Source: Balanoglossus misakiensis (lineage: Eukaryota; Animalia; Hemichordata). Taken from it: DNA of 64,000 bases. A program made the translations under genes and the position numbers. The stretch is taken from assembly GCA_040954595.2 (NCBI GenBank), contig CM082576.2, positions 11,783,129-11,847,128 on the forward strand, written 5' to 3'. Shown in pieces: positions 14,501 through 28,300 of the stretch (the stretch's first letter is position 1; each line of letters starts with the position of its first letter). Under the pieces are notes generated by a model. That model had not been told where the DNA came from, did no database searches, and saw only the letters and a program-made list of their open reading frames with translations.

Positions 14501-14845
14501 TATATTTTCTTATAGACAGAGAGACATGCGACTTTGTGTATTGCAAACAGCGCTAATTGATTCTCTAAATTTAAATCAACAATAGTAAAGATATCGCACT
14601 GATCTGTTTCTTTAAATACACAATATTAAGAATCGTATTAATGATAAAGGAATTCCCAGAAAAATAAAAATGACATCATACAAAACGTGCAACAATGTAA
14701 CTTAGAAACCAACGAGGCTATCGATGCATTCTGTGTCCACATCAGCATTCTTAACAAAACGATCCGTGCGGTACTTCCATGTATCTTATCATATCGTGTA
14801 ATTCCTGCCCCCCCCCCCCCACTCAGTCGTGCACAAGTGAAGATC

Positions 14846-15874
14846 TCAGAGGCTATCGTGATACTTCTGTGTGTCCACGTTATCCAGTTCTCTCGACATC
14901 TGGCAGGCGACACACGGTCCGCAGCACAGTGACAACATCACGTCTCTCATAACGTTACCCTGTATCGTAGATAAGAAGAAAAATTAATGCGAATAAATGC
15001 ATGCTGACATAGATCAGAGAGAAAAAAGTCAACATTAACAACATCAGCAGCAACAAGATAAACGACAAGCTCTTTAAGGCAATGACAAAAATGACGTGTG
15101 GCAAGTGTGAAGTGGCAAAGTTCAGCTCAGAAATACCATCGTTACACGAATCGTTTTCGCTGTTGAGCACAGAGGTAAATTAACCAAATTCGTATCATTT
15201 CTTGTGCGGTGTATATCTTTGTAACAAAACTGACGCAGTTTCAAATATGGTCACTACATGTATTGATATTAGAGAAACTAATCTCCGATGACAAAGAGGA
15301 AATTATACCTCGATTTTCTGTTCGTATCTCATCTTGGTCCTCAGTGAAGACAGAGCGCAGGGCCAACAGCAACCGATGCAGGGGGTCTCATCTAATCTCT
15401 GCGCAATCTCGCATTGGAAACACGGAAAGAAGAAGCAACCACACAAGCCTGGATTGGTTGACACCGAGGAAAGAGAAAACCCGTAACTGTCATGCGCGAT
15501 ACACTCAGGACCAATCAGACCCTTTTCTTTGTTGCTGAGGTGGGGCACTTTTGGCAAAATGGTTGTACAAAGGGGATAGTAATAGTGTCAGCAGAACATA
15601 TACTCACAAGATCTCATCTCGCTGACGCAATAAAACAAATCACTACTCCAGTAATGGATGTCTTCATTCTAAAAGAAGAATCATACTTGTAGATTGATGC
15701 GTGTAGAATAACAAAACCAAAATTTCAGAACGCTTTATTATGCCGACGTTCTTCCACGCAGCACAGTCTACGTAATTGGCCATGCGATAGTGAGCTCACC
15801 TCTTTAGGGTCCTGATTGTTCTGTGATCCTTTGCTCGTTTCACGTGGTTGATCTGTGATGGCGCCCTTTTCCAT
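14846..15874 (-). CDS. PLAC8/cornifelin-family cysteine-rich protein, copy 2 (spliced)
   Basis: Exons 15874-15800, 15668-15608, 15448-15309, 14959-14846 (GT-AG, phases 0,1,0; 140-nt exon of the same size as in copy 1). Protein: MEKGAITDQPRETSKGSQNNQDPKE|NEDIHYWSSDLFYCVSEMRSCLCGCFFFPCFQCEIAQRLDETPCIGCCWPCALSSLRTKMRYEQKIE|GNVMRDVMLSLCCGPCVACQMSRELDNVDTQKYHDSL*. Confidence 0.92.
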
Positions 15875-18800
15875 GGCTATTTTTGTGTGGATAGGTCGTG
15901 CCAGTGAGCAGACAGGGTTGATTGAAAGTGCCTATGTTAATTGGGGAAACATAGATTCAAATTGAGAGAGTGGTTGGTTATATAGAAATAATAGTAAAGC
16001 TCTAACCAGTCTGATTTATCATCATGGAGGAATTCTCACCCGATGGAGACATCACACGGTCTAAACACGGCGCTGATTATGGAATAAATCAATTGTTTAG
16101 ACTTTAATTATTTTAACAGATGTGCAACTTGTGTGTTCGTCTTTTCACAGTCCGCATTGAATATCTCTCTATCTCGCTTTGGAATTTCGCAAACTTGCCG
16201 CGAAATTTGAACATTTCAATCTCGACTTCGCCGCCGAAAAGCTTTGCCTTTGCACTCTCAATTTCGGTTTGGCATGACATATTGGCGCGAAATTCAACAC
16301 GTCTTGACGTCCGTTCTGGTACACTGAAGTGGTATTTCACTCTGCGCTGTTGGGATAATTGAATCAGTATTTTTACCATCAATCAAGAAAACTGTTCTCC
16401 TTGGATGAAGGATTTTATTTATCTTTGCAAATCACATCTGCTGTGTTAAGTGGTGTTCATCCGTTTTCCCGTTTAAAAAAAGGTCGGTCCTCTGGCGTAG
16501 CTAAAGCATTTACAACCACATTCTTTGACATAACTCATCTATATACTTTGGGGTGTACATGTAGCGTTGAGGCAAGAGGCCCTGTAATGGCGTTTGTGTC
16601 ATTTTCGATCATCGATTATCATTGTTTTATCGTTATTAGAGCTGAAATGTACCAGATGTCAGGATGTCCCCATAGCGACATTTCTGTCCGCACTCCCAGC
16701 TCTTTGAAGGGACTGCACCGGTACTTTCTGTCAGCGAGTGTCGATTGTAATCGACGAGCTGTTATAATTCAATCTCGTGCCGAAAAGAAACAGTGATACT
16801 GACGATCACGTTATCCTGCTCTCGGGCTCATAAACATGGAGACACTGGGTCATCTGAAGACTGAACAAAGTTTCTTAAATACACCGAGAGCGTGACCTAT
16901 CACCCGCGTAGATGTGTTTTATCTTCTGAAAGATACGAACCCCCAGGTTGATCCATGTATATTCTTGTGGTATGTTACAACATCGCTGAAGAACATAGTG
17001 TTTCTAGGTCAAAACTGACATTTGCGTGTGTTTAAGTAATTACATACAAGTATTATCTCAATTGCTGTACAATCGCCGCGTATAATCATCACTGCATCCC
17101 TGGTTTATCACCGCTGACATCACCACGGATTCGACGGCAACGACAGACTACATACAGCTATCTGCGCCGTTATTGATAACACGTACATTTGTATGAATGA
17201 ATGAATGGCTCGTAAATAGAATGACTCGTAAATATTCCTGCCAAATCTAAATTATGTATACATCAGTGCCTTGAAGGCAAACACTGTTCCTTTCCACTGT
17301 GTGGGAACACTGTCCGTTTGGGGGCCATTCCAAGGAATACGTCGATGAATTCCTGCAAGAGATTGGGACAATCATGGGAACGGCGAAGGGCGGTCAAGTA
17401 CGCCGATGGCGCGACGTAAACGTGGCAATGCTCAACAAGTCGTAAAGACTATAGAGTCATGGAAAACATTCTCACACGACGGCGCAAATTGAACGAATGC
17501 AGAAAACTCAAAAAGGACATCAGGCTAACTGGGGCATATTCAGAGTCTTAATGCAAAAAATTAAATCGGGCAAAGTACTCCGGAAAACACGACGAGGGAA
17601 TGTTCACTAGAGAAAGGTCGCAATTTTACAAATTTCTGACCTATCCCTCAGCAAGTGGAATGCTGCGTTGCTTTGTGGATCGCAAGGAAAATCAACAGAA
17701 TACCTTGAGTTATTGAGTTGATAATTATAACTAACACGTGTTAGTTGGGATTAGAATAAGTGAACGATGACTCAGTTCGTGTTCCCTTCATCAATATAGA
17801 AAGCTAACATAAATCACCCGGGGAATTAATTCCGACCACAGTGATCAACAGCAGGGACTCATTTTTTATGAATGGAAATCTATAACTCATTGTTAAGCGT
17901 TAAAGATCTGTATGCATTCCTCAAAATGAGTGATGTAAACAAGAAGTTGTAGTTCATCGATATCTGCACAGCCACGTTCAACATGTACAAAATCTTTGCA
18001 CGCTTTGAATCAACATAGAATCGAGGACACATATGTTGTGACGCTTTCCCTCCATTAAGACTTCGATTGGATTCGCTTCTTTACCCTGGGCGACGTGGCA
18101 AGAGCATTTGCTGCAATCGTGACAGGAATCGTTCTCAGTACAAATCATGAACTATTTGGCGCCACGGACAATCCCGTGACTGTGGAAAAAAGACATTGCT
18201 AGAAATCGAATTGCATTGGCTCGTCGCATCCGAAATTTCATGGGGAAAACAACATTAGTTATTACGGCCTTGCAAGTAAAACCTGTAACACTGATGCAGT
18301 CGGTGCATGTTGTCGACTTCGGGAGCCGCGAGAATGGCATTTCGGTTTGTTATTCTCAGCTTACGGTGTATGATCAGGCGCTTCCCCTTGATAAAAGCGA
18401 GGTTGAATGGTATCCCTGGGTAACTGCATTGTGAAATGTTTGTTCCTTACCTTGAGTCGACCCTTTGCAACTTCAGATGTCGATCCGAGAGAGTTGAACA
18501 CAAGTAAACACCCCTAGACGGGTGGAGAATGTCACGCTGATGTCACGGACCCTAAACCCAGACCCTGAGCAACAAATTCACGCGCCGAATCCGGGGGTTC
18601 TCATGTGGTGATCGCTTGTTGGCGAGAGGTATAAATCAGCGTCAGTACGTTCTCATTTAAATAAATGAGCACTTGGCTCACATACTGCAATCATTTGGTT
18701 TGCAGTACAATAAATCTTCGCTTGAGCACGCATGCTCACTTTCACATTTTTTACGAACGAGAATACAAGTGGCCTTCCTCCCCGAAAAGTGTACGATGAA

Positions 18801-19314
18801 TGGACAAACGTGGGCAGTGACGATGACAAACATGACATCAATCACACATCTATGTCAACAGATGTTTATAATTTTACTATTTAATATGAAATGAAATTTT
18901 AAGAAAAATTTGTGTATCTCATTGAAAAACCACGTCGTATACGACACAGATAAAGTTGCGTTGAAGTGTTGCATCTTTTAAAAATACATTGCAATTCAGT
19001 AACTTCTCACGGTATGATTATAACAAATTTCTTCTGATGCCGTGCAACACAGGTCATAAAACATTACATTACAGTCAATGAAATAACAGTGAGTGATGAT
19101 AGTTATTCACCGAATTAGATGTCGTTACACGTTGAAAAAGTTGACGCAGAAATATATATTCTTCAGCCTGTATTACTGGTAATGAAAATCGATTCCTTCG
19201 TGGAGAAAAGTCGTCAAATTTCTCGTCAATAACGATGACAACCTATTATCTAATGTCACTTTGTCCACCACAGTTACAGTTTGATATCTTTCTGTGGGAG
19301 GGGGCAGCGAGGGA

Positions 19315-22300
19315 TTACAACGTATATCCTGTGTATTCTGCCTCGGGTTTGTCGTGGAAGCGTTTGACGCTAGAGCTGCCCCAGTCAGCAGCGCCGCCAT
19401 CTTTCATTGCCCTTTGATGACGTAACAGCAAGTCGTCGTCTCCTGTTGGGTATTCTTTCATTCTGCGGTTCGGTCTGCCTTTAGGTCTGAAGAGGGTAAA
19501 CGAAAATTGCAACAATTATTTGCAGTCTCCGTGATAACCACAGCGGCGTAAAGCAGCAAAGCATGATGGGATATATGTGAACGTGGCCGCATCAGAGGGT
19601 AGAAAATTCAAACTCCCCCCGAATTGGACTATGATGTCAAGTGATACTATAAAATATATAATGGTGGGTTACCATCAAATCCCAATATAAAACGCGAGGG
19701 AATCATACGGAACAATTAACAGAACAACATACATAATCCACCAAAGAAAGAAAAACATATGTCGAAAACTGGCGACTTTATCCCTTTAACATGACAATAA
19801 ATTAAGAAAATATCACACAGACGTCGTCGTATGCGGCGCTGTTTGCCTACCTCAGAAATGTAAGCAGCAGTTTTGGATCGACCGTCTCGTCGCGCAGTGA
19901 TGGACAGACACACCTAGCGATTTCACTCAGAATGATGCCACAAACAACGGTGACTGCCCAACCAAGTGCCGAGTACCAAGAGAATGAAATCTGTAAGACG
20001 CAGAAACACAGAAATAGTTGTCTTTGTACATTTACTTCCTCTCGTGGGTGTGTATGTGTGCTTTTCAGGGAAAATGTAATGAATAAATCATCATCAAGAT
20101 TGACATGGCCTCCCGTAAAGATATTGGTACAAAAAGTGTGTTGACGCAAATCGTGAGTGCATTTGAATGTATTGGCAGAAAGGTTATGCAAATACATGTG
20201 AATATGTAGTTTAGGATTACATATTTCGATTTGCCTGGCGAAAGGTTTTGGTTTCTATGGTTACTATTCCTCCATCTTTACCTTGTAGATTGCCAACGGT
20301 GCGATGGCTCCCGTTCGTGCAAGAACGGAACCGACGCTTATCCACACGCCCACAGCGGTGCTGATGATGACGGCGGTAAAAGTACCACTGGAAATGAGAA
20401 AAAAAGGGGTTTGAAATCTTACTACAATGCGCATGGAATACTGGACACAATCGTCTCATAATCAGAATGGTCTTGATTTTCAAAATGGTACTATAACTCA
20501 CAAGGTGTTTGCTCTCGGGTAGGCCATGCCGAGGGTGAAGGCGCCGAAGACAGGGGCACTGGTGACACTGAAGAGCGTGAAGGTCAACACCACCAGGGTT
20601 CCGACGTAGGGAAGGCCGTAGCCAAACCCCGTGCTGATCAGACCAAACACGGCAGCTGCAAGAGGAAAAGATATCCGATTATACAACGTATGCATTTTGA
20701 CGCGCATTAAGTTCCTGTACCCATACCCGTCACTTGTACGATTCGCCTGATACGCATGGCTTTTTCTGCCGCTAACCTTTATGCAAAATCATTGACGCAA
20801 TTACCAAATGCCTTCATAACGTTGATATCAGCATGGTAATTAACGTTATGAAACAAAGCACAGGGGAGGTGAAGCAAAATATCAGGGCGAATTTCAATAA
20901 GATGACAGCTTCTGTTTTGCAGATCCGGTTGCAATCATGAATCGTGGCTGTTGTGATTGACGTATACATCCTATCTACACCTCTTAGTATCACAGGTAAA
21001 AAAATGTACACTCACTCAGTAACTTCGAGATAATTGTATCTCTACTGTCCTTTCCGTCGCCATCTCTCCCTGTTGACCTGGCTCGCCAATGTCTCCACGG
21101 TATGATGACATCCCTCAAGGTGACCGCGACGACTGCATTCAGCCCGGATGAGATGGAGCTGGGAATGGTAGAAAGCAACGGGCACTTTACTATGTAACCT
21201 AATTCCAGTTGGCTAACATGCATTGAATCTACAGTAGGAATATTGGGAAATGCCAGTATATTGTATGTACCGTGACTTAACGATCCCTGTCTAAAATGTG
21301 TGAGAAATACATCTTTAGGGCAAGTTTAGGTCCAGGCGCGTAATCAGGCGTCACATCGTGATAACCACACGTGTGACCACTTGGTTTCGCGGTATTTGAA
21401 ATGTCATTCAGTGCATTGATGATGTGAAAGTATAAGAGAGAGCTTGAAATGACAGTACCTTAATGCTCCGGAGAAGAGGCACGATATGAATAAGCCTTGT
21501 ACACCAGGGATATGTCCAAGCTTGGCACTCACGAAAAATACCAATATCTAAAGAAAACATGAGTCAAGAATTAGGGGCCCAAGCTAATTTGCCAAGGGCA
21601 AATAAGATCATTGTAGTTATGCTGCAATATAGTGCGGTAAATTTCCGATTTTTTCGAGTACATAACGTGATGGCGAAGGGTTCATTTTTACCTGAAGGTG
21701 TCAACCGATGTTGGTTCGAGACCACTTTTTTTTTTTATTTTTTTTTTTTTTTTGTGAGAACTTTTAACGACATTATCATTGTGATTTTTATCATTTTCAT
21801 CAATCAAATTTACTTCAATATCTACGCTGCGTTTTTTATCTGTCGGGTATAAGAAACATGCAGGGAAACTTGGTCATTTTTTTGTCGCGGTTCACTTGGG
21901 CAAGTCTGAATACGGAGTGCTCAGCAGAGAAAAAGATTAACTCGCTAAAACCGTGTCTTTCCGTCCGCATGACCAACCAAGCAGCGAAAAAGTCGTTATT
22001 TAGGCCGTAATAAAACGTATTTGTCGCCGAGGAGTGAATAAAGAACGGTCAGATCGTTGCGGTGCAGGGAACTCTTATTTGCACCGCTGCGGTGCAAATA
22101 AGAATTTGCACCGCTGCGGTGCAAATAAGATCATTGGAGTTATGCTGCAATATAGTGCGGAAAATTTCCGACCTTTTCGAGCACACATCGTCATGGCGAA
22201 GGGTTCAGGAAGGCCAGCCTTTTACCTGAAGGTGTCAACTGCTGTTGGTTCGAGACCACTTTTTTTCTATTTCTTTTTTTTGTGAGAACTTTTAACGACA

Positions 22301-25300
22301 TTATCATTGTAATTTTTATCATTTTTATCAATCCAATTTATTTCAATATCTACGCTGCTTTTTTTATCTGTCGGGTATAAGAAACATGCAGGGAAACTTG
22401 GTCATTTTTTTGTCGCGGTTCACTTGGGCAAGTCTGAATACGGAGTGCTCAGCAGAGAGAAAGATAAACTCGCTAAAACCGTGTCTTTCCGTCCGCATGA
22501 CCAACCAAGCAGCGAAAAAGTCGTTATTTAGGCCGTAATAAAACGTTTTTGTCGCCGAGGAGTGAATAAAGAACGGTCAGATCGTTGCGGTGCAGGGAAC
22601 TCTTATTTGCACCGCTGCGGTGCAAATAAGAATTTTCACCGCTGCGGTGCAAATAAGATCATTGGAGTTATGCTGCAATATAGTGCGAAAATTTCCGACC
22701 TTTTCGAGCACACATCGTCATGGCGAAGGGTTCAGGAAGGCCAGCCATTTACCTGAAGGTGTCAACTGCTGTTGGTTCGAGACCACTTTTTTTCTATTTC
22801 TTTTTTTTGTGAGAACTTTTAACGACATTATTATTGTAATTTTTATCATTTTCATCAATCCAATTTATTTCAATATGTACGCTGTGTTTTTTATCTGTCG
22901 GGTATAAGAAACATGTAGGGAAACTTGGTCATTTTTTTTTCTCGCGGTTTACTTGGGCAAGTCTGAATACGGAGTGCTCAGCAGAGAGAAAGATAAACTC
23001 GCTAAAACCGTGTCTTTCCGTCCGCATGACCAACCAAGCAGCGAAAAAGTCGTTATTTAGGCCGTAATAAAACGTTTTTGTCGCCGAGGAGTGAATAAAG
23101 AACGGTCAGATCGTTGCGGTGCAGGGAACTCTTATTTGCACCGCTGCGGTGCAAATAAGAATTTGCACCGCTGCGGTGCAAATAAGATCATTGGAGTTAT
23201 GCTGCAATATAGTGCGAAAATGTCCGACCTTTTCGAGCACACATCGTCATGGCGAAGGGTTCAGGAAGGCCAGCCATTTACCTGAAGGTGTCAACTACTG
23301 TTGGTTCGAGACCACTTTTTTTCTATTTCTTTTTTGTGTGAGAACTTTTAACGACATTATCATTGTAATTTTTATCATTTTCATCAATCCAATTTATTTC
23401 AATATGTACGCTGTGTTTTTTATCTGTCGGGTATAAGAAACATGTAGGGAAACTTGGTCATTTTTTTTTCTCGCGGTTTACTTGGGCAAGTCTGAATACG
23501 GAGTGCTCAGCAGAGAGAAAGATAAACTCGCTAAAACCGTGTCTTTCCGTCCGCATGACCAACCAAGGAGCGAAAAAGTTGTTATTTAGGCCGTTATAAA
23601 ACGTATTTGTCGCCGAGGAGTGAATAAAGAACGGTCAGATCGTTGCGGTGCAGGGAACTCTTATTTGCACCGCTGCGGTGCAAATAAGATCATTGGAGTT
23701 ATGCTGCAATATAATGCGAAAATTTCCGACCTTTTCGAGCACACATCGTCATGGCGAAGGGTTCAGGAAGGCCAGCCATTTACCTGAAGGTGTCAACTGA
23801 TGTTGGTTCGAGACCACTTTTTTTCTATTTCTTTTTTTTTGTGAGAACTTTTAACGACATTATCATTGTAATTTTTATCATTTTCATCAATCCAATTTAT
23901 TTCAATATGTACGCTGTGTTTTTTATCTGTCGGGTATAAGAAACATGTAGGGAAACTTGGTCATTTTTTTTTCTCGCGGTTTACTTGGGCAAGTCTGAAT
24001 ACGGAGTGCTCAGCAGAGAGAAAGATAAACTCGCTAAAACCGTGTCTTTCCGTCCGCATGACCAACCAAGGAGCGAAACAGTTGTTATTTAGGCCGTTAT
24101 AAAACGTATTTGTCGCCGAGGAGTGAATAAAGAACGGTCAGATCGTTGCGGTGCAGGGAACTCTTATTTGCACCGCTGCGGTGCAAATAAGAATTTTCAC
24201 CGCTGCGGTGCAAATAAGATCATTGGAGTTATGCTGCAATATAGTGCGAAAATTTCCGACCTTTTCGAGCACACATCGTCATGACGAAGGGTTCAGGAAG
24301 GCCAGCCATTTACCTGAAGGTGTCAACTGCTGTTGGTTCGAGACCACTTTTTTTCTATTTCTTTTTTTTGTGAGAACTTTTAACGACATTATTATTGTAA
24401 TTTTTATCATTTTCATCGATCCAATTTATTTCAATATGTACGCTGTGTTTTTTATCTGTCGGGTATAAGAAACATGTAGGGAAACTTGGTCATTTTTTTT
24501 TCTCGCGGTTTACTTGGGCAAGTCTGAATACGGAGTGCTCAGCAGAGAGAAAGATAAACTCGCTAAAACCGTGTCTTTCCGTCCGCATGACCAACCAAGG
24601 AGCGAAAAAGTTGTTATTTAGGCCGTTATAAAACGTATTTGTCGCCGAGGAGTGAATAAAGAACGGTCAGATCGTTGCGGTGCAGGGAACTCTTATTTGC
24701 ACCGCTGCGGTGCAAATAAGAATTTGCACCGCTGCGGTGCAAATAAGATCATTGGAGTTATGCTGCAATATAGTGCGAAAATTTCCGACCTTTTCGAGCA
24801 CACATCGTCATGGCGAAGTGTTCAGGAAGGCCAGCCATTTACCTGAAGGTGTCAACTGCTGTTGGTTCGAGACCACTTTTTTTCTATTTCTTTTTTTTGT
24901 GAGAACTTTTAACGACATTATCATTGTAATTTTTATCATTTTCATCAATCCAATTTATTTCAATATGTACGCTGTGTTTTTTATCTGTCGGGTATAAGAA
25001 ACATGTAGGGAAACTTGGTCATTTTTTTTTCTCGCGGTTTACTTGGGCAAGTCTGAATACGGAGTGCTCAGCAGAGAAAAAGATAAACTCGCTAAAACCG
25101 TGTCTTTCCGTCCGCATGACCAACCAAGGAGCGAAAAAGTTGTTATTTAGGCCGTTATAAAACGTATTTGTCGCCGAGGAGTGAATAAAGAACGGTCAGA
25201 TCGTTGCGGTGCAGGGAACTCTTATTTGCACCGCTGCGGTGCAAATAAGATCATTGGAGTTATGCTGCAATATAGTGCGAAAATTTCCGACCTTTTCGAG

Positions 25301-28300
25301 CACACATCGTCATGGCGAAGGGTTCATGAAGGCCAGCCATTTACCTGAAGGTGTCAACTGCTGTTGGTTCGAGACCACTTTTTTTCTATTTCTTTTTTTT
25401 TGTGAGAACTTTTAACGACATTATTATTGTAATTTTTATCATTTTCATCAATCCAATTTATTTCAATATGTACGCTGCGTTTTTTATCTGTCGGGTATAA
25501 GAAACATGTAGGGAAACTTGGTCATTTTTTTTCTCGCGGTCTACTTGGGCAAGTCTGAATACGGAGTGCTCAGCAGAGAGAAAGATAAACTCGCTAAAAC
25601 CGTGTCTTTCCGTCCGCATGACCAACCAAGGAGCGAAAAAGTTGTTATTTAGGCCGTTATAAAACGTATTTGTCGCCGAGGAGTGAATAAAGAACGGTCA
25701 GATCGTTGCGGTGCAGGGAACTCTTATTTGCACCGCTGCGGTGCAAATAAGAATTTTCACCGCTGCGGTGCAAATAAGATCATTGGAGTTATGCTGCAAT
25801 ATAGTGCGAAAATTTCCGACCTTTTCGAGCACACATCGTCATGGCGAAGGGTTCAGGAAGGCCAGCCATTTACCTGAAGGTGTCAAATGCTGTTGGTTCG
25901 AGACCACTTTTTTTCTATTTCTTTTTTTTGTGAGAACTTTTAACGACATTATCATTGTAATTTTTATCATTTTCATCAATCCAATTTATTTCAATATGTA
26001 CGCTGTGTTTTTTATCTGTCGGGTATAAGAAACATGTAGGGAAACTTGGTCATTTTTTTTTTCTCGCGGTTTACTTGGGCAAGTCTGAATACGGAGTGCT
26101 CAGCAGAGAAAAAGATAAACTCGCTAAAACCGTGTCTTTCCGTCCGCATGACCAACCAAGGAGCGAAAAAGTTTTTATTTAGGCCGTTATAAAACGTATT
26201 TGTCGCCGAGGAGTGAATAAAGAACGGTCAGATCGTTGCGGTGCAGGGAACTCTTATTTGCACCGCTGCGGTGCAAATAAGAATTTGCACCGCTGCGGTG
26301 CAAATAAGATCATTGGAGTTATGCTGCAATATAGTGCGAAAATTTCCGACCTTTTCGAGCACACATCGTCATGGCGAAGGGTTCAGGAAGGCCAGCCATT
26401 TACCTGAAGGTGTCAACTGCTGTTGGTTCGAGACCACTTTTTTTCTATTTCTTTTTTTTGTGAGAACTTTTAACGACATTATCATTGTAATTTTTATCAT
26501 TTTCATCAATCCAATTTATTTCAATATGTACGCTGTGTTTTTTATCTGTCGGGTATAAGAAACATGTAGGGAAACTTGGTCATTTTTTTTTCTCGCGGTT
26601 TACTTGGGCAAGTCTGAATACGGAGTGCTCAGCAGAGAAAAAGATAAACTCGCTAAAACCGTGTCTTTCCGTCCGCATGACCAACCAAGGAGCGAAAAAG
26701 TTGTTATTTAGGCCGTTATAAAACGTATTTGTCGCCGAGGAGTGAATAAAGAACGGTCAGATCGTTGCGGTGCAGGGAACTCTTATTTGCACCGCTGCGG
26801 TGCAAATAAGATCATTGGAGTTATGCTGCAATATAGTGCGAAAATTTCCGACCTTTTCGAGCACACATCGTCATGGCGAAGGGTTCATGAAGGCCAGCCA
26901 TTTACCTGAAGGTGTCAACTGCTGTTGGTTCGAGACCACTTTTTTTCTATTTCTTTTTTTTTGTGAGAACTTTTAACGACATTATTATTGTAATTTTTAT
27001 CATTTTCATCAATCCAATTTATTTCAATATGTACGCTGCGTTTTTTATCTGTCGGGTATCAGAAACATGTAGGGAAACTTGGTCATTTTTTTTCTCGCGG
27101 TCTACTTGGGCAAGTCTGAATACGGAGTGCTCAGCAGAGAGAAAGATAAACTCGCTAAAACCGTGTCTTTCCGTCCGCATGACCAACCAAGGAGCGAAAA
27201 AGTTGTTATTTAGGCCGTTATAAAACGTATTTGTCGCCGAGGAGTGAATAAAGAACGGTCAGATCGTTGCGGTGCAGGGAACTCTTATTTGCACCGCTGC
27301 GGTGCAAATAAGAATTTGCACCGCTGCGGTGCAAATAAGATCATTGGAGTTATGCTGCAATATAGTGCGAAAATTTCCGACTTTTCGAGCACACATCGTC
27401 ATGGCGAAGGGTTCAGGAAGGCCAGCCATTTACCTGAAGGTGTCAACTGCTGTTGGTTCGAGACCACTTTTTTTCTATTTCTTTTTTTTGTGAGAACTTT
27501 TAACGACATTATCATTGTAATTTTTATCATTTTCATCAATCCAATTTATTTCAATATGTACGCTGTGTTTTTTATCTGTCGGGTATAAGAAACATGTAGG
27601 GAAACTTGGTCATTTTTTTTTTCTCGCGGTTTACTTGGGCAAGTCTGAATACGGAGTGCTCAGCAGAGAAAAAGATAAACTCGCTAAAACCGTGTCTTTC
27701 CGTCCGCATGACCAACCAAGGAGCGAAAAAGTTGTTATTTAGGCCGTTATAAAACGTATTTGTCGCCGAGGAGTGAATAAAGAACGGTCAGATCGTTGCG
27801 GTGCAGGGAACTCTTATTTGCACCGCTGCGGTGCAAATAAGATCATTGGAGTTATGCTGCAATATAGTGCGAAAATTTCCGACCTTTTCGAGCACACATC
27901 GTCATGGCGAAGGGTTCATGAAGGCCAGCCATTTACCTGAAGGTGTCAACTGCTGTTGGTTCGAGACCACTTTTTTTCTATTTCTTTTTTTTTGTGAGAA
28001 CTTTTAACGACATTATTATTGTAATTTTTATCATTTTCATCAATCCAATTTATTTCAATATGTACGCTGCGTTTTTTATCTGTCGGGTATCAGAAACATG
28101 TAGGGAAACTTGGTCATTTTTTTTCTCGCGGTCTACTTGGGCAAGTCTGAATACGGAGTGCTCAGCAGAGAGAAAGATAAACTCGCTAAAACCGTGTCTT
28201 TCCGTCCGCATGACCAACCAAGGAGCGAAAAAGTTGTTATTTAGGCCGTTATAAAACGTATTTGTCGCCGAGGAGTGAATAAAGAACGGTCAGATCGTTG

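Noticed and set aside
17330-17600. Purine-rich stretch resembling a decayed coding or transposon fragment
   Set aside because: Short frames interrupted by stops, with no recognisable domain.
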